DNA of 64,000 nucleotides. Origin: Schmidtea polychroa (Eukaryota). The stretch is from the NCBI GenBank assembly GCA_044892525.1, contig CM097885.1:26412001-26476000 (forward strand), given 5' to 3'. The number at the start of each line of letters is the position of its first letter. Position 1 is the first letter of the stretch. Below the pieces are notes generated by a model, which was not told where the DNA came from, made no database searches, and saw nothing but the letters and a program-made list of their open reading frames with translations. The translations under genes and the position numbers were made by a program. Positions 25,599 to 38,478 of this stretch are shown one piece after another.

Positions 25599-25950
25599 TC
25601 CAATGAAGAAATTTCACCAGGATGTGGAGCGTTACATATAGAAAGTGACTCTTCTAGCCGAAAGGGCCGAGTCTTCGGTCAGAAAGTGCAAAATACTCGA
25701 AGCAGCATTGTTCCGACGGGAACATGTTCACAAGTTGCAGCAAATTTCTAGTCAATCGAGAAGTTTCGGGTTGAAGATCAAGAGATCATTTGCGATCTCA
25801 AGATCACAATCCAAGAGCAGGAACAGAAAATTATCGAGCTTCGTGCCGGGATCTACATGGACGCAGAAGTTTGTCAAGTGCCATCATATTCGAAAACAGA
25901 ACTATTCCCGGCTATCGTGCCTTTTATCTAAACAATTCCGGTAGGTAGGT
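25585..25950 (+). pseudogene. Coiled-coil ORF fragment (paralog of 360-630; possibly distantly related to 16162 family)
   Basis: Follows tttgcag acceptor-like site; DPMKKFHQDVERY... then ICDLKITIQEQEQKIIELRAGIYMDAEVCQVPSYSKTELFP in a shifted frame. Confidence 0.45.
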
Positions 25951-26168
25951 TCAGTCATCAAGAATCCATTTAAACCCAAGCCTGATAAGTTCGAGATAAA
26001 GAAGATTAGAGAATTAAGCTCGGATCAAAATGCCAAGTAAAAGAAATGATAAAACACTTATCTAATCTCTATGATTAATATTTATTTATATATTATAAAA
26101 ACTTTTTTCAATTTTCACCACTGATTTATTTTCAATTGACATTGTATTTATTAAAAAACCTGACTATG

Positions 26169-27197
26169 TGTTGGGTTATTGAGTTGGTGATAAATTTTAA
26201 TATTACTCTGACTCCAAGCGTGTCTTTATATGATTCACAAATAACACTTGACAACAGAAATCTTTATTGATAATCACAAATAAACTTTCACTTGACACTG
26301 ACAATAAATTCAACACTCTACTTGGTGACTATACAATGCTTATTACAACACTCGGTGAGGAATAGCATTTGTGTATAACACCGGGTTTAAAGATCACAAA
26401 TTACTGATTGGTTTCTAAACTGGGAATTTGAGCTGGTTGTTTCCTTTGACCTTCTTCACAACTTTATTCGAATAATCAAACAATTTCTTTTCGTTTTATT
26501 TTTCAACTAATTCTTTTCTCCAACTATTCTCCAATATTTATTCTCCACTATTATCACCTTTGCAATTATTTTGACAATCATTTGTCCAACAATGTTTCCT
26601 CCAACGTCTAATTTTCTCTAATAATTTTATCTCTCAAATCGTCCTCCAAATTGTTTTCAATTTCGCGTCGCTTTGTCTCTAATTTTCTTCTCTCTTTGTT
26701 CTAATTTCATGTTCACCAGTTTTCCCTTATATAGTTCGCTTCTCTTGTGGCACTCCAGATAATCAAGTGTTTTTCCATTTTCCTTCTCCTGCTTTTCCCG
26801 ACTGTTCCATTTTTATCTCTGACAGCTGTCAAGTTGTTTTCCCCTTTCCTTTTTTTGTTTGACCGCATTCTCCCATCATTCTATTATCACTGGCAAGCTG
26901 TCGAGATAAGGATATTGTTGTTTTCCTTTTTCCCCGATTTCAATATTCCTTTTCCTTTCTGTACTAATTAATTAGTACTGACCTTGATTTTTATTTTCCT
27001 GTTTGATTCCTTTTATTTCCTTTATCTTTCTCATTTTTAATTTCTTTTCACTTCCGTTTTTTTTTCTGAGTTCCAATAGATCGTCCCGTTTGTCATGGCG
27101 ATCATCCCCCAGGTAATTTTATTTATTTCTTTATGAATTATATATATATATAACTTACAAAATTCATGAACTATAATCTCACAAACTGCCCATAACA
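26169..27197 (-). mobile_element. Diverged solo-LTR-like repeat
   Basis: Minus strand begins TGTTATGGG, has a TATATAAG box and purine-rich leader, and ends aaagacacgcttggagtcagag...aataacccaaca like the other LTR copies; TSD not recovered. Confidence 0.5.
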
Positions 27198-28836
27198 CTC
27201 TATATTTAACTAATTGTATTCATACTACTTTTATATATTACTTATGTGACTGAATAAAATAGTTATCCGCGGTTACTAGGAGATTGCGAACATTGTGAAA
27301 GTGGTGGCTATATAAAATTCCAGAAGTGAAAAAGTTTCACTGCACGTTTCCCGCGCTCGGCCGAGACAGTTGCCTATGTAATACCGCAGCTGTCCTAAAA
27401 AGGTTAATGTAAATAATATACATAAACTAGTGGCGACAACCTGCAATATAAGTAAAATGTTCAAATCTTTTAATCGCAGTTAATAAAAAAAATATAATTC
27501 ACCCACTTTCCGATGTATCTGAAAATGACGTTGGAATGAGTTCCAAATATCTTAGTAAAACTGATTTTTGTATTTATTTATTTTTTACAACAATACATTT
27601 ATTTTTTACGACCCCCCTGGTGTAATATTGTTTTTTTCCTGTCTATATGTAATTTTATTATTTTGATCATTATTTATAAATGTTTCCACTATTTATTCTT
27701 TTTATACGTGACCAAGTGTAATTAGGTTCTACTTGTTGAAGCGAAATAAATAGACTATATCCATTTATTTTCTATTAAATAAAAAATGATGGTTTCTTGG
27801 TAGCCGCAGAAATTTAATGTTAAATAATGAAATTATAAATCAACAAACTCTTTAATTGAGTGAAAATCTTTGATTAATTTTGTTCAATTTACTTCAGAAC
27901 TTCGTTGGAATACCATGTGAAAATATAATTAAATAAATAAAAATAAAATAACATGAATGTGTGTTGTGGATTGATATGTGGTATACATATTCCTTATGCT
28001 TAATTTACTAGACGCGAATAAAAATCCTCGTAAAGATGTTTAAATATTGCAAACAAATGGCATTGTTTTTGAATTTAATAAATATTAGTATTTAATTTTT
28101 AATGTTATAAATACTAAAAGTATAAAGTATTGAATACTCTCCCAAATATATAACTTAACCTGATAGTCATTGTCTCTATATCAGTCACTGTAAAATGCTT
28201 TAGTGTGTTGGGCTTTAGCACCAAAAAATTTATACAGCTTTTCTATCTGTAATTTCTAAGTCAAGATTTATTATAGTTTTGTAATATCTATTTAACAGGC
28301 TTCAAGAAATGCTCTTAAAGTCGCGATCACCTATGACTGGAATTAAATTTGTTTAAGGTTTTCCTCTTGAAAAAATCCCAATGTACTAAACATAATGAGC
28401 CGTCACATAATTTCAGCCCCTTGATTCCCTAGCCAGAGTATTTTCTAAAGTTCTTCACCATCCTAAAAATCCAATGATCAAAATCTGACGGGAGCTTAAC
28501 AAAATGTTAATCATTATTTATTAAAATTTATCAGATTAATTGTAATTTAAAGTTCATATTTTTAAAACACCCGCTGCCATTGGTCAGCCTAGATGCATGA
28601 TTCCATTTATGGAAGAACCTTAATAACTCGTTAAATTAACACTCATCCAAAAGATATACACGAAACTACAATGATTATAGCATCGGAGTCACAAAATTAG
28701 TAATTCAAAGCATCATAATTTCAACAAAAAATCAACGTTCAACATTTATAAATAGAGACAAAAATATATTTCATAAATTTTGATCACAAGCAAAACATAT
28801 TTACAGTGATAGTAATAATAATTGCAAAATAAATCT

Positions 28837-29432
28837 TCACACCATTGAATTACTTCCTCCTCCCAATTTCGATACAACCTGATAGTTGATAAATAAACTA
28901 TTTTATAAAATAACTTATTACTTTATTAATACCAGGCATACTCAAAATTGTTCCAATTACTGGAACTCTCAATAAAAAGTTCAATACAATAGGAATAAAT
29001 CCACTGAAAAGAAGGAAAAATCCATAAGTCTCAATGAGCATACCAATTAATGGGTGAATAAAAATCACTGTAAGAATTCCACCAAAAAAGAAACAAGATC
29101 CTTTTATTTTGTGCATTTGAAAAAAAAATCTAAATGTTCTTTCGAATCCAATGACCATTGCTAACCCCGCAAGAAACAGAAGCTTAGGATGAAATTAATA
29201 CCAAAAAAAAATATTTTAAATATCTTACATTTCCAATTGCCAAAAGAGCTTTATCAAATAAAAGCATAATTCCGAAGAAAATAAAAAATATTCCAAATCC
29301 AGCTAAGCCAACGCCGATTTCTAAAAATTTAATTTAATATATTAACTTAAATCTCCTTGGTTAAAACATATTTTAAAAATAAATCAAAACACATTAGAAT
29401 GACTCACTCTGAAAATCACTAATTTGATACAT
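28837..29432 (-). CDS. GOLT1: Golgi transport protein 1 (vesicle transport Got1/GOLT1), 4 exons: 29408-29432, 29229-29320, 28922-29182, 28837-28878; 139 aa
   Basis: GT-AG introns of 87, 46 and 43 nt give [61 protein letters not shown]...PGINKVVSKLGGGSNSMV*, colinear with GOT1/GOLT1B. Confidence 0.95.
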
Positions 29433-30190
29433 AATTTGGTTTTGAAACTTTAGAAATAAAAAATAATTAACACATCATCGATAATAGTTTGAAAAATTAT
29501 TCAATTTGTATTAATAAAACAAAGTGGCATTAAATTTAGGAAACGTTTTCTAAAAAATATAACAATTCGAAATGTAAAATTTTCAATTTAAAAGATAAAA
29601 TAATTTTCCTTAGTAAATGGGTATATAAAAATAGAATATATTTATCTTTAAAATTAAGTTCTATTTAGATTTTAAAATAATGAAAACGAAAATTATTGAT
29701 TTTTATTACAATATTGTACGAAAATTTGATATTGACTTAATATTATTTACCTTATTAATGTAAATCAAGGATGTACAATCAGTGGCCAAATAAAGTCTTC
29801 AATGAGTTTAAAAGGCTCATAATTTTATAAAAATTTTATATAATTATGTGTGCGCTTAGAGCTTGCGTTGTTTAAATATTCTAAGGTTGCAGATATATTT
29901 CTCATCAACTCTTACCTAAACGCATTAATGATTATTTTAATTTCTAAAATTCGTGTGCTCATAGCAACACCAGAGTTATTCCATTGATACGCGGTTGAAC
30001 AGCCCTTTCATCTGTTCATCCACCGTACCTCAGTTCCTCACTCGTTAGCTCTTTACTCGAAAGTTTTGGGACTGTTTCAAAAAGAATAAAATTCATAAAA
30101 ATACAAAAAAAATTAATAAAATGTGAATATTTATTAGCATATAAATCACATTATACATGAAAATAACTTGCCAGCAAACGATGATAAAAA

Positions 30191-30340
30191 TTTGAACAAA
30201 ATATATGTAACGCTTAAAAACTAAGAACATAAACCGTATTTGAATGTAAACTAAAAGTAAAATAATGAAATTTTATTTGGTGTTTAGTTTACATTCAAAC
30301 ACTGTTTGTGTTCTCAGTTTTTACATATATTTTGTTCAAA
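30191..30340. repeat. Short foldback: about 60-bp imperfect arms, about 27-nt loop
   Basis: tttgaacaaaatatatgtaa...tttgaatgtaaactaaa versus tttagtttacattcaaa...ttacatatattttgttcaaa. Confidence 0.75.
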
Positions 30341-31090
30341 CACTGTTTATACCGATTCGTGATGACCCCTATGCATTATCTGCCACTCTGTGAAATTAGG
30401 GTGCTCGTAATTATCAACTTTTTTAAACAGGCAGCATATACATGATCAAGTGCTGCCATATTTATATAGATTAAAAACAATCAAGTTATTTAATTATTTT
30501 CTTTTCAATTTTAATTCAATTATTCTTCATGCAAATTTTTTTATAATCCTTGTTTGATTATTTTTCTTATTTTATCTCATAATTTCTGAAATTTTGTTAT
30601 AGGTCCTTCGTATGTAAATTTGCGCAATAACATTCCTAATTAATTTGATTATTGTCCTTCGTATGTAAATATGACCAATAATCATTCTTGATTTTTATTA
30701 ATTTATTTTATTAATAAGGTCTTATTAATTCGTTTTAATTTTTTATTCTTCTCTTTTCGAGTTATGAAAACCACTTATGGGAAATTATATTTTACGTAAT
30801 ATAGAAAAAAGAGCAAAAACGAAAACTAACAATGATGAATTTAAAGCAATGTTTTATAAATTATTAAATAATCAGTCTTTGGACAAACAATGTAGAGAAA
30901 AGATAAATATGTTAATGTTCTCTTGTAACAAAAAATGATCAAGGAAAACTTCAAAAAATTTTATCAAGACCAACTTTCAAAGATGCAGTAAAATTTTCTG
31001 ATGATTTTATTTCAGTTGAATTTGGTAATTATGTAAAAAAATATAATAAAGCTATAGGATTGAGTTTTAGTATTCTCAAATTATCAAAAT

Positions 31091-31951
31091 TGTTGAGGTC
31101 TGTAAATTAAAATTAAAATTTAAATAAAATTTAGGATAATAATTCAAATAGAAAGCAAGCGAAGAAGAAAAGACAAATTAAAGCGGGATCATGCACAGAA
31201 TCAATAGTAAAGGAAAGTGTGATGGAAACAGTATTAGAAAATGCCAAAAGCAATTAAGAAAGGCAAGAATCCGGAAATCCGAGAAAAATGAATAAATGGT
31301 AAAATCATCGAAATCGAATGGGGAAAACGGGATAGGTATAGATTAGCTAATGGTCAACAAGATGATGATTAAGGATTTACCAGAAAATGGTTAGGAAGGG
31401 TCGAAAAACATTCAAATGTATGAAAACAGAAAACGTTAATTAATTAATTAATTGGCTAATGGAAAACCCAAGCTAATGGGAAACCCGAGCCAATGGAGAA
31501 CCCGAGAGATAAAGGAAACCCGAGCTGGGTAAACAAGAAGAAAAGCAAACATAAGGAAGATTTGGGCCCATTAGCTTGACACAATGATTAATGAGAAAAG
31601 AGCAAGGAGAAGATAGCGCGCGTAGGAAGACCGGAAGGGCCCTTAATTATCTGGATTCGTTGGACCATTATTGGTGACAGCCGAAGCAAATACGTGGGAG
31701 CAAATGTCAAATGAAAGATTGGCTCAGCAATAACCATTTGTCATCCTGATTTCGAGGAGTATATAAGGAAATGGAAAATCAGAGCAAATCGGCATTTTGC
31801 CTCAGCTAAGGTTCGAAGAAACAGAGCTTAGGAAAAGGCGGAAACGAATAAGGGAAAGTAGGGAAAAGAAGAAATAGAATTAGGAATACGGAAAGGTGAA
31901 AAAGGAATCAAATCAAACAGAAACCGAGGAAAACGTGAGTCAAGAGAATCT
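31091..31951 (+). mobile_element. 5' part of a solo LTR (same family as 3832-4578), interrupted at 31951
   Basis: Starts TGTTGAGGTCTGTAAATT, preceded by AAAT; colinear with the reverse complement of about 4035-4578 (plus an extra internal segment) up to ...gagaatct, then switches abruptly to AGTAGT. Confidence 0.8.
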
Positions 31952-32169
31952 AGTAGTGGATGTATGGCCTTCACGGACCCAACCCACCCTCGGACGCCCG
32001 TCTCAAAACTTAATAAATTTTAAACATTTCCATCCTTTTAACCCTTTATTTTTACATCTTTTATTCATAAAAACCCCTAATTTACCAACCCAAATCTGTA
32101 ATCCCCCCATCCTTTTGACAGGGAACCGCGGAAAAAGGTTATGTCCGTGAAGGCCATACATCCACTACT
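31952..32169. mobile_element. 218-bp unit bounded by 27-bp perfect inverted repeats with Polinton-type AGTAGT ends
   Basis: AGTAGTGGATGTATGGCCTTCACGGAC (31952-31978) and GTCCGTGAAGGCCATACATCCACTACT (32143-32169); flanks gaatct and ataaaa are not a TSD. Confidence 0.9.
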
Positions 32170-32252
32170 ATAAAAAAACTGTAAAAATTTTAAATCTTAA
32201 AAACTTGCAAGCGGCGCAATTTGCATACCCAATAAAAAAATTTTTTAAAAAA

Positions 32253-35200
32253 ATGAATATTGAAATTTTGAATATGTATAATTGTAACATGTGTAATAAA
32301 AAATTTAAAAATAGAACAGCATTAATATCACACGAAAAATCTAAAGAGCATTTATTAAAGACGGTTGGACTAAATGATTCAAATTCAAAACTTTGTCCTA
32401 AATGTAAACAAAGATATTTACTTTTAGGATATGATAAACATTTTAAAAACTGTAGTGGGATTAAAAGAAATAGAAAAAAATTTGAATGCCCTATATGTAG
32501 ATCAAAATTCACCACAGAATCTTATTATTTAAAACATTTAAAAGAATGTGCTATTGTTAAAAGAGATCATGAAGAATCTGAAGAAGATATAAAAGTTAGA
32601 AAAGAAGAAGAATATGAAGAAGAAGAGATTGAAAAAGAAAAATATAATTGGGACAACTTTAACCATGTAGATAAATTTGAACAAACATTTATATTCTCTT
32701 CATCTTTAGAGTATATAAATAAAAATAAAAAAAACATAAAAAAATCAATGGAAGATGCTATAAAAAAATTTGGTAAATCAAGATTTAATATTATTAAATA
32801 TAAAATTAGAATCCATTCAAGATATTGGAGAGGAGAAGATGTAAACACAACACCCTTGGATGCTATAATTGAAACATCTTATGATTATTTATTCTCAACC
32901 GATGGATTTAATAAAAAAATTAAAGAGATTATTCATAAAGTTGCAGATGAGCATAGAGTGGTTGAACAAGAATTAGGAGAGTCAAACCTAAAATTCCTTT
33001 CATTTCAATCACTTGAAATTGAATATTGGAGAGGGGCACCTCCAAATCCTAAATCATATATCCCTACACCCTTTACTTCTATTCATATTATAAATGTTCG
33101 AAATAAGGATAATAAATGTTTTCAATGGTCAATCCTTGCACACTTACATCCTCAAGAAAATCATAAAGAAAGACCTGCAAAATATAAGCAATATGAAAAT
33201 GAATTAATATATCCAAAAGGATTTAAACACCCGATGAAGATTGAATACATTCCAATTTTTGAAAAATTAAATAATATTAAACTTAACATTTATGAATACA
33301 TTTGCCAGGTGGGTGATAGGAAACATATTATTCCTATCCATGTTTCAGATAGAGAATTATCAGAACAAGATAGAAATAGAGAAATATATCTTTTAATATT
33401 ACAAGAACATAAAAGAGAACAAGTCTATAAGGAATATGATGATCAGGATGAGGAAGAACAATATTTAAATATTGAAGACGATCAAGAAGAAGACCTTGAA
33501 GAGGAAGATGAGGGGAAACAACATTATATTCTAATAAAAAACTTTCAAAGCTTTATGAGATCGAAAAATCACCACAGTGGTGGAACAACATGTAAACGGT
33601 GTTTATATTATTCAGCTTCAGACATTGCAGCATTTAAACATGAAAGATTATGTTGTAAGAACTTGCCAGCATTAATTAAAATGCCGAGCAAGGAACAATC
33701 TAACATGCATTTTAAAAACTTTTCAAACCTGTTACAATCTTTAGTTGTAATATATGGAGACTTTGAAGCCATAAATATAAAACAGGATTTAGACCAAGAA
33801 TATTTAAAAATAATAGAAAAAAATAATCTATTAGACTCTTGGAACCAAAGGACTGAAGGAATCTCCATGAAAACTTTTTAAAATTAAATAATAAATCATA
33901 CACCATAAAATTAACAAAACAGGTGGCCTCAGCCTATAAACTATTTTTTAAAAGTAATTACCCTGACCTTGTAGAATCAGAAGAATTTTCATTTAGAGGA
34001 TCTACAGAAGAAGAAACTCTAAATCATTTTACTAAAGACATAAATGATTTAGAACATAAACTTTTTAAAATATTAAAAACAAACTTCCCAATAAACTTTT
34101 CAGACAAACAATGGGAAGAATATGAAAATTGCACAACTTGCTGGATGTGCAAATAGAAATACTCAAACAAATATACTCTTTGAGAATCCTGAAGGTCTTC
34201 CTGAAACTATTGAAGAAGAAGAACAAAGATTATTTCATCAACAACAAACTCAAAACATAAAAGTCCCTGACCATGACCACTTTAAAAAAGAAAATAATTA
34301 TAGAGGAGCAGCCCAAAAAAAATGTAATATAAATTGTAAAAGACCTGCATTTGTACCAGTTATATTTCACAATCTTTTTGGTTATGAAATCCACCTATTT
34401 ATAAAACGTCTAGCTGTAAATGCCAAAAACTCTTTTAAAGTCATAGGACTGACAAAAGAAAAATATAAATGTGTTCAATATGGACGACTAAAGTTTATAG
34501 ATTCATTAAACTTTCTATCAATGTCCTTGGATGGAATAGCAAAATCCATGAAACCTGAAGACTTCACCCATACAAATGAAAAAGTATTAGTAAAAAATAA
34601 TATTCCCCAGGAGGAATATAAAACCTGTTTGGCTAAAGGAGTCTATCCTTATGATTACATCAACTCATTTGATTGTTATAATGAAACATCTTTACCCCCT
34701 CAAGACTTGTTTTTTTTCAATATTAAATCAAACGGATATAAGCGATCAAGAATATGCCCGAGGGAATAAAATGTGGGAACTTTTCAAATGTAAAAACATT
34801 GGGGATTATACTGACATGTATTTATCCCTTGATGTTTATATCCTTGCAGATTGTTTCGAGGGATTTTGCAAGGCATTTGAATTAAAGCCTTATAATTATA
34901 TAACATCTCCATCTTTAGCCTGGGATATTTTATTATATACAATGTGGACAACGGAGTCCTCTCGGACGATAGAAATATTAACTGAAATCGACATGTTTAA
35001 TGTACTTAAAGAAAATATTCGTGGAGGTGTTAGCTCCGTGATGGGAGATAGAAATATAACTGCAAACAACTTTATATCTCTATACAAGAAATTCTTTAGT
35101 GAAAATCCTGAAGCAGACTATATACAAATAAAAACATAAGAGGATTCAAAATTAATAAAGGAAGGATTATCAAATCCATCAGAGATTATGTATATAGATG

Positions 35201-36720
35201 CAACAGCTTTATATTCAGGAATAATGACTCAATACCTTACAATTGATAACTTCATTCAGGTAGATATCCCATTGGAGACTTCGTCTAAGGAAAAACTTAT
35301 GAATGAAATATTATCAACTGAAAAAGATTCAGAAGTGGGATATATAGTAGAATGTGATTTAGAATATCCTAATGATATAAAATATGTAACTAGATACTTT
35401 CCATTTGCGCCAGTGAAAAGAAAAGTAGATTCTAATTAATTAACACCCCAACAAGATAGACCTACAACTGTAAAACTTTTATGTGATCAAACTGATAAAA
35501 CTTGGTATCTTTGTCACTATCGACTGTTACAATTTTATCTTTCTCATGGAATGAAAATAAAAAATATACATTCTATAATAAAGTTTAGACAACTTCCATT
35601 CATGAAAACCTTTATAGAGGGAAATATTAAATCTAGGAATGAAGCAAAAAGAAATGGAAACGCTTTCCTCGATATGATTTATAAACTTTTAAATAATTCA
35701 GTCTTTGGAAAGACAATGGAAAATGTTGACAAATATACTCGAGTAGAATTATTAACAAATAGTTCAAAGGATTTTGCAAGGTATAATCGAATGCTTTCAA
35801 AACCTACATTTAAAAATGCAGAAGTATTCTCCGAGAACCTTGTAGCCGTTGAACTAAAAAATAGTGAAAAGACTTATAACAAACCAATCTTTATAGGTTT
35901 TACCATTTTAGAATTATCAAAACTTCAAATGTATGAAACCTATTATGATATTCTACTACCACATTTTAAAAATAGAATATCAATGCATGCAATGGATACC
36001 GACAGTATGTTTTTAAAAATATATACTAAAAACCTAAAAGAGGAAATATCTGAAAATGAAATCCTAAGGAATTTAATAAATTCATCTGGAGAATTATTCA
36101 CCTTTAAAGATGAAAAACCTAATACACCAATAATTGATGCTGTATTTATTAGATCTAAACAATATTCACTAGAAATGATTGAAGCCCCAAAGACTGAAAC
36201 CCATTCAATTAGGATCGGGGATATAGACTATACATTTGATATACCAGTATTAAAACTTGTAACATCTAAAGATAATAAAAATAAAGGTATACAGAAAGCA
36301 GTTTCTAGAACTATACCCCATCAAGACTATAAGGATATTCTAAATAAAAATCAACCAGATAAAATAGTTGAGGTTCATCAACTTAAATCTGAAAAGCATA
36401 ACATGTATTTAGAAGAATCAAATAAAATATCATTATCAAATTATGATGATAAGAGGTATATTTTATCAGATTTAAAAAAGACACTTCCAATTGGAAATGA
36501 TATGATTCCACATATAAAAAATTTAAAAGTCTTGAATGATTTATATCATACAAACATAACAGACCTTCAACTGTATCAAGTTCAAATACTCTACCCAGAA
36601 ACTCGAAATATTTTAGACTCTATAACCATAGACGTCAAGTATTTAAATACTAATCCATCAGAAGAAGAATTTGAATCTCATAGATTAGAGATTCAAAGAT
36701 TATCAGCCATCAATGACTGA
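32253..36720 (+). pseudogene. polB: Protein-primed family B DNA polymerase with N-terminal zinc fingers and endonuclease-VII-like domain; about 3 frameshifts and 2 nonsense codons
   Basis: Fragments NKDNKCFQWSILAHLHP, CWMC...DHDH...YRGAA..CN, FHNLFGYE, DVYILADCFE, IDATALYSGIM (motif A), KLLNNSVFGK (B), MDTDS (C), KGI, DDKRY; stops at 35137-35139 and 35437-35439 are in frame. Confidence 0.95.
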
Positions 36721-37151
36721 AAGTCTCTGAAAGTCATTCTGGAATCTTAAAAATGACTGAAAAATCAATACTTGAAAACTTGAAGTCTTTAACTGACGAC
36801 AAGATACTTTTAATTGATATTATTAAAGTTTTGCATAGATTAAAAAATAAACCATCTGTTTCAATAATAAAAATTTTTTCTTTTATATTTATAACATCTT
36901 TTTTATTTGCTCTTTTATTTTCTCTTGCTCAACCTTGGTTGAAGTCTTTTTGGCTTTAATCTCTTTAGATATTTTCATCAACTGAACCTCAAGATCATTT
37001 ATAATCCAAAGTAATACAGGCTCTCGAATAGCAAGTTGCGCAGCTTGCAGGGCTTTATCCTCTGAAGATTTCTCATTATATTCTTTTAATGCAAGACTTG
37101 ATTCCTTTTTAATAATAGGATTGCTTTTTATCAAGTTTAAAACACGTTCAT

Positions 37152-37625
37152 TCATTTATTAAAGTTTTTATTTTCTTCTCTCCATTTGCTAAATAACAAG
37201 GTCTGGGGTCCGGAAGTCAAAGGCTGTTGATCTAAAATATCTTCAACATCTTCAGTCGTAGAGTCTTCTATCCTGGAGGCTAAAGGATCTTTCTTTTGCC
37301 TTTTATATTTCTTAGACTTGATGCAGTTATGATTTTGTTGAAGTACATTAGTTGAACAATCATTACAATAAACACCCTTTTTCTCTATAGCCTTCTTTCT
37401 CTTACCTGTATGCCTATAGGGAGAATCAATTCCTAAATCTTTTCTAATTCTTCTCATCGTCGAGTCTGAAGTACCAATCATTTTACAAATTTGAGTCTGA
37501 GAAAAAGTAGGGTTTTCACTCTTTATTCTAGCAAATTCAAAAGCCTTCTCTTTTTGTTGAATCTTATTTAAAATTAAAGGATCAATTAATGAAAGTCGTT
37601 CAACCTTTTTTATAAAGACATCCAT
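37152..37625 (-). CDS. Polinton small protein with HTH-like segment and Cys motif
   Basis: FSQTQICKMIGTSDSTMRRIRKDLGIDSPY resembles a helix-turn-helix; part of a tightly packed run of minus-strand ORFs with 36889-37155 and 37628-37846. Confidence 0.6.
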   Translation of the reverse strand: MDVFIKKVERLSLIDPLILNKIQQKEKAFEFARIKSENPTFSQTQICKMIGTSDSTMRRIRKDLGIDSPYRHTGKRKKAIEKKGVYCNDCSTNVLQQNHNCIKSKKYKRQKKDPLASRIEDSTTEDVEDILDQQPLTSGPQTLLFSKWREENKNFNK

Positions 37626-37880
37626 TTTTATATGTTTAATAGTTGAGGGAACAAAGCAAAATAGTATTCACCTCTCATTATTTGTTCTTGTATACTTAAA
37701 GATTTAAAGTTATTTATTTTATTTAAATAATCAGGGTCATTAATTCCTACAAGGTAAAATATATAACACTTTTCACCTATTCTAATTTTATCCTCTAATG
37801 ATAAACTTCTAAAATCATTCAACCTAGATTTCATTATTTCTTCCATTTTTAAATTAAAAATTATATAGTCTTACGAAGTC

Positions 37881-38260
37881 TTACGTCGACGTCTTTAAAC
37901 ATTTCTCTCGTTGTATTTTTTTAGAATATTCATTCTTGGCACTTGAAGTTTTCAACTTTATAACTTCATTTTTAATATCCCTTATTATTTGATTTGATTT
38001 CATTATTTCATCATCTGTTAGGATTCCATCTTCCAAAGCTTTCAATTGAAATAAAAATAATTTTGATATCCCCAAGTCTATTGTCAAACAAACTTCACGA
38101 TATAAACTTTTCTTTTTTGAAGTATAAGATAAAGAAAGTATTTCAGTCAAGAAAGAATCTGCAACAGAAATACTTCCAAGTATTACGGGTGCAAGAGTAA
38201 CAACTGGTAAAGTTATGGGTAAAACAATTGTAAGTATTGCAGATGTAAATCCTAAGGAGT
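37881..38260 (-). pseudogene. Polinton accessory protein with hydrophobic segment and C-terminal helical region
   Basis: Frame extends upstream of the ORF call as ...SAILTIVLPITLPVVTLAPVILGSISVA...LEDGILTDDEIMKSNQII. Confidence 0.5.
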
Positions 38261-38478
38261 AACCTATAATCTTTAAAGCTGTATTCCCTTTATTCCATCT
38301 TTTTTAATTTTTTTATAATGCTTCAACAAGTCTTGTAAATGTAAAGTTTCTGATTTAAATTCTTTCACTCTCATGACTTCAAGTTCTGTAGGAGCTGATG
38401 GAATCTTTGGATATTGTACTTCTGGACTTCGTACTACTGGACTTTGTACTTCTGGACTTCGTACTTCCATTTTAATAA

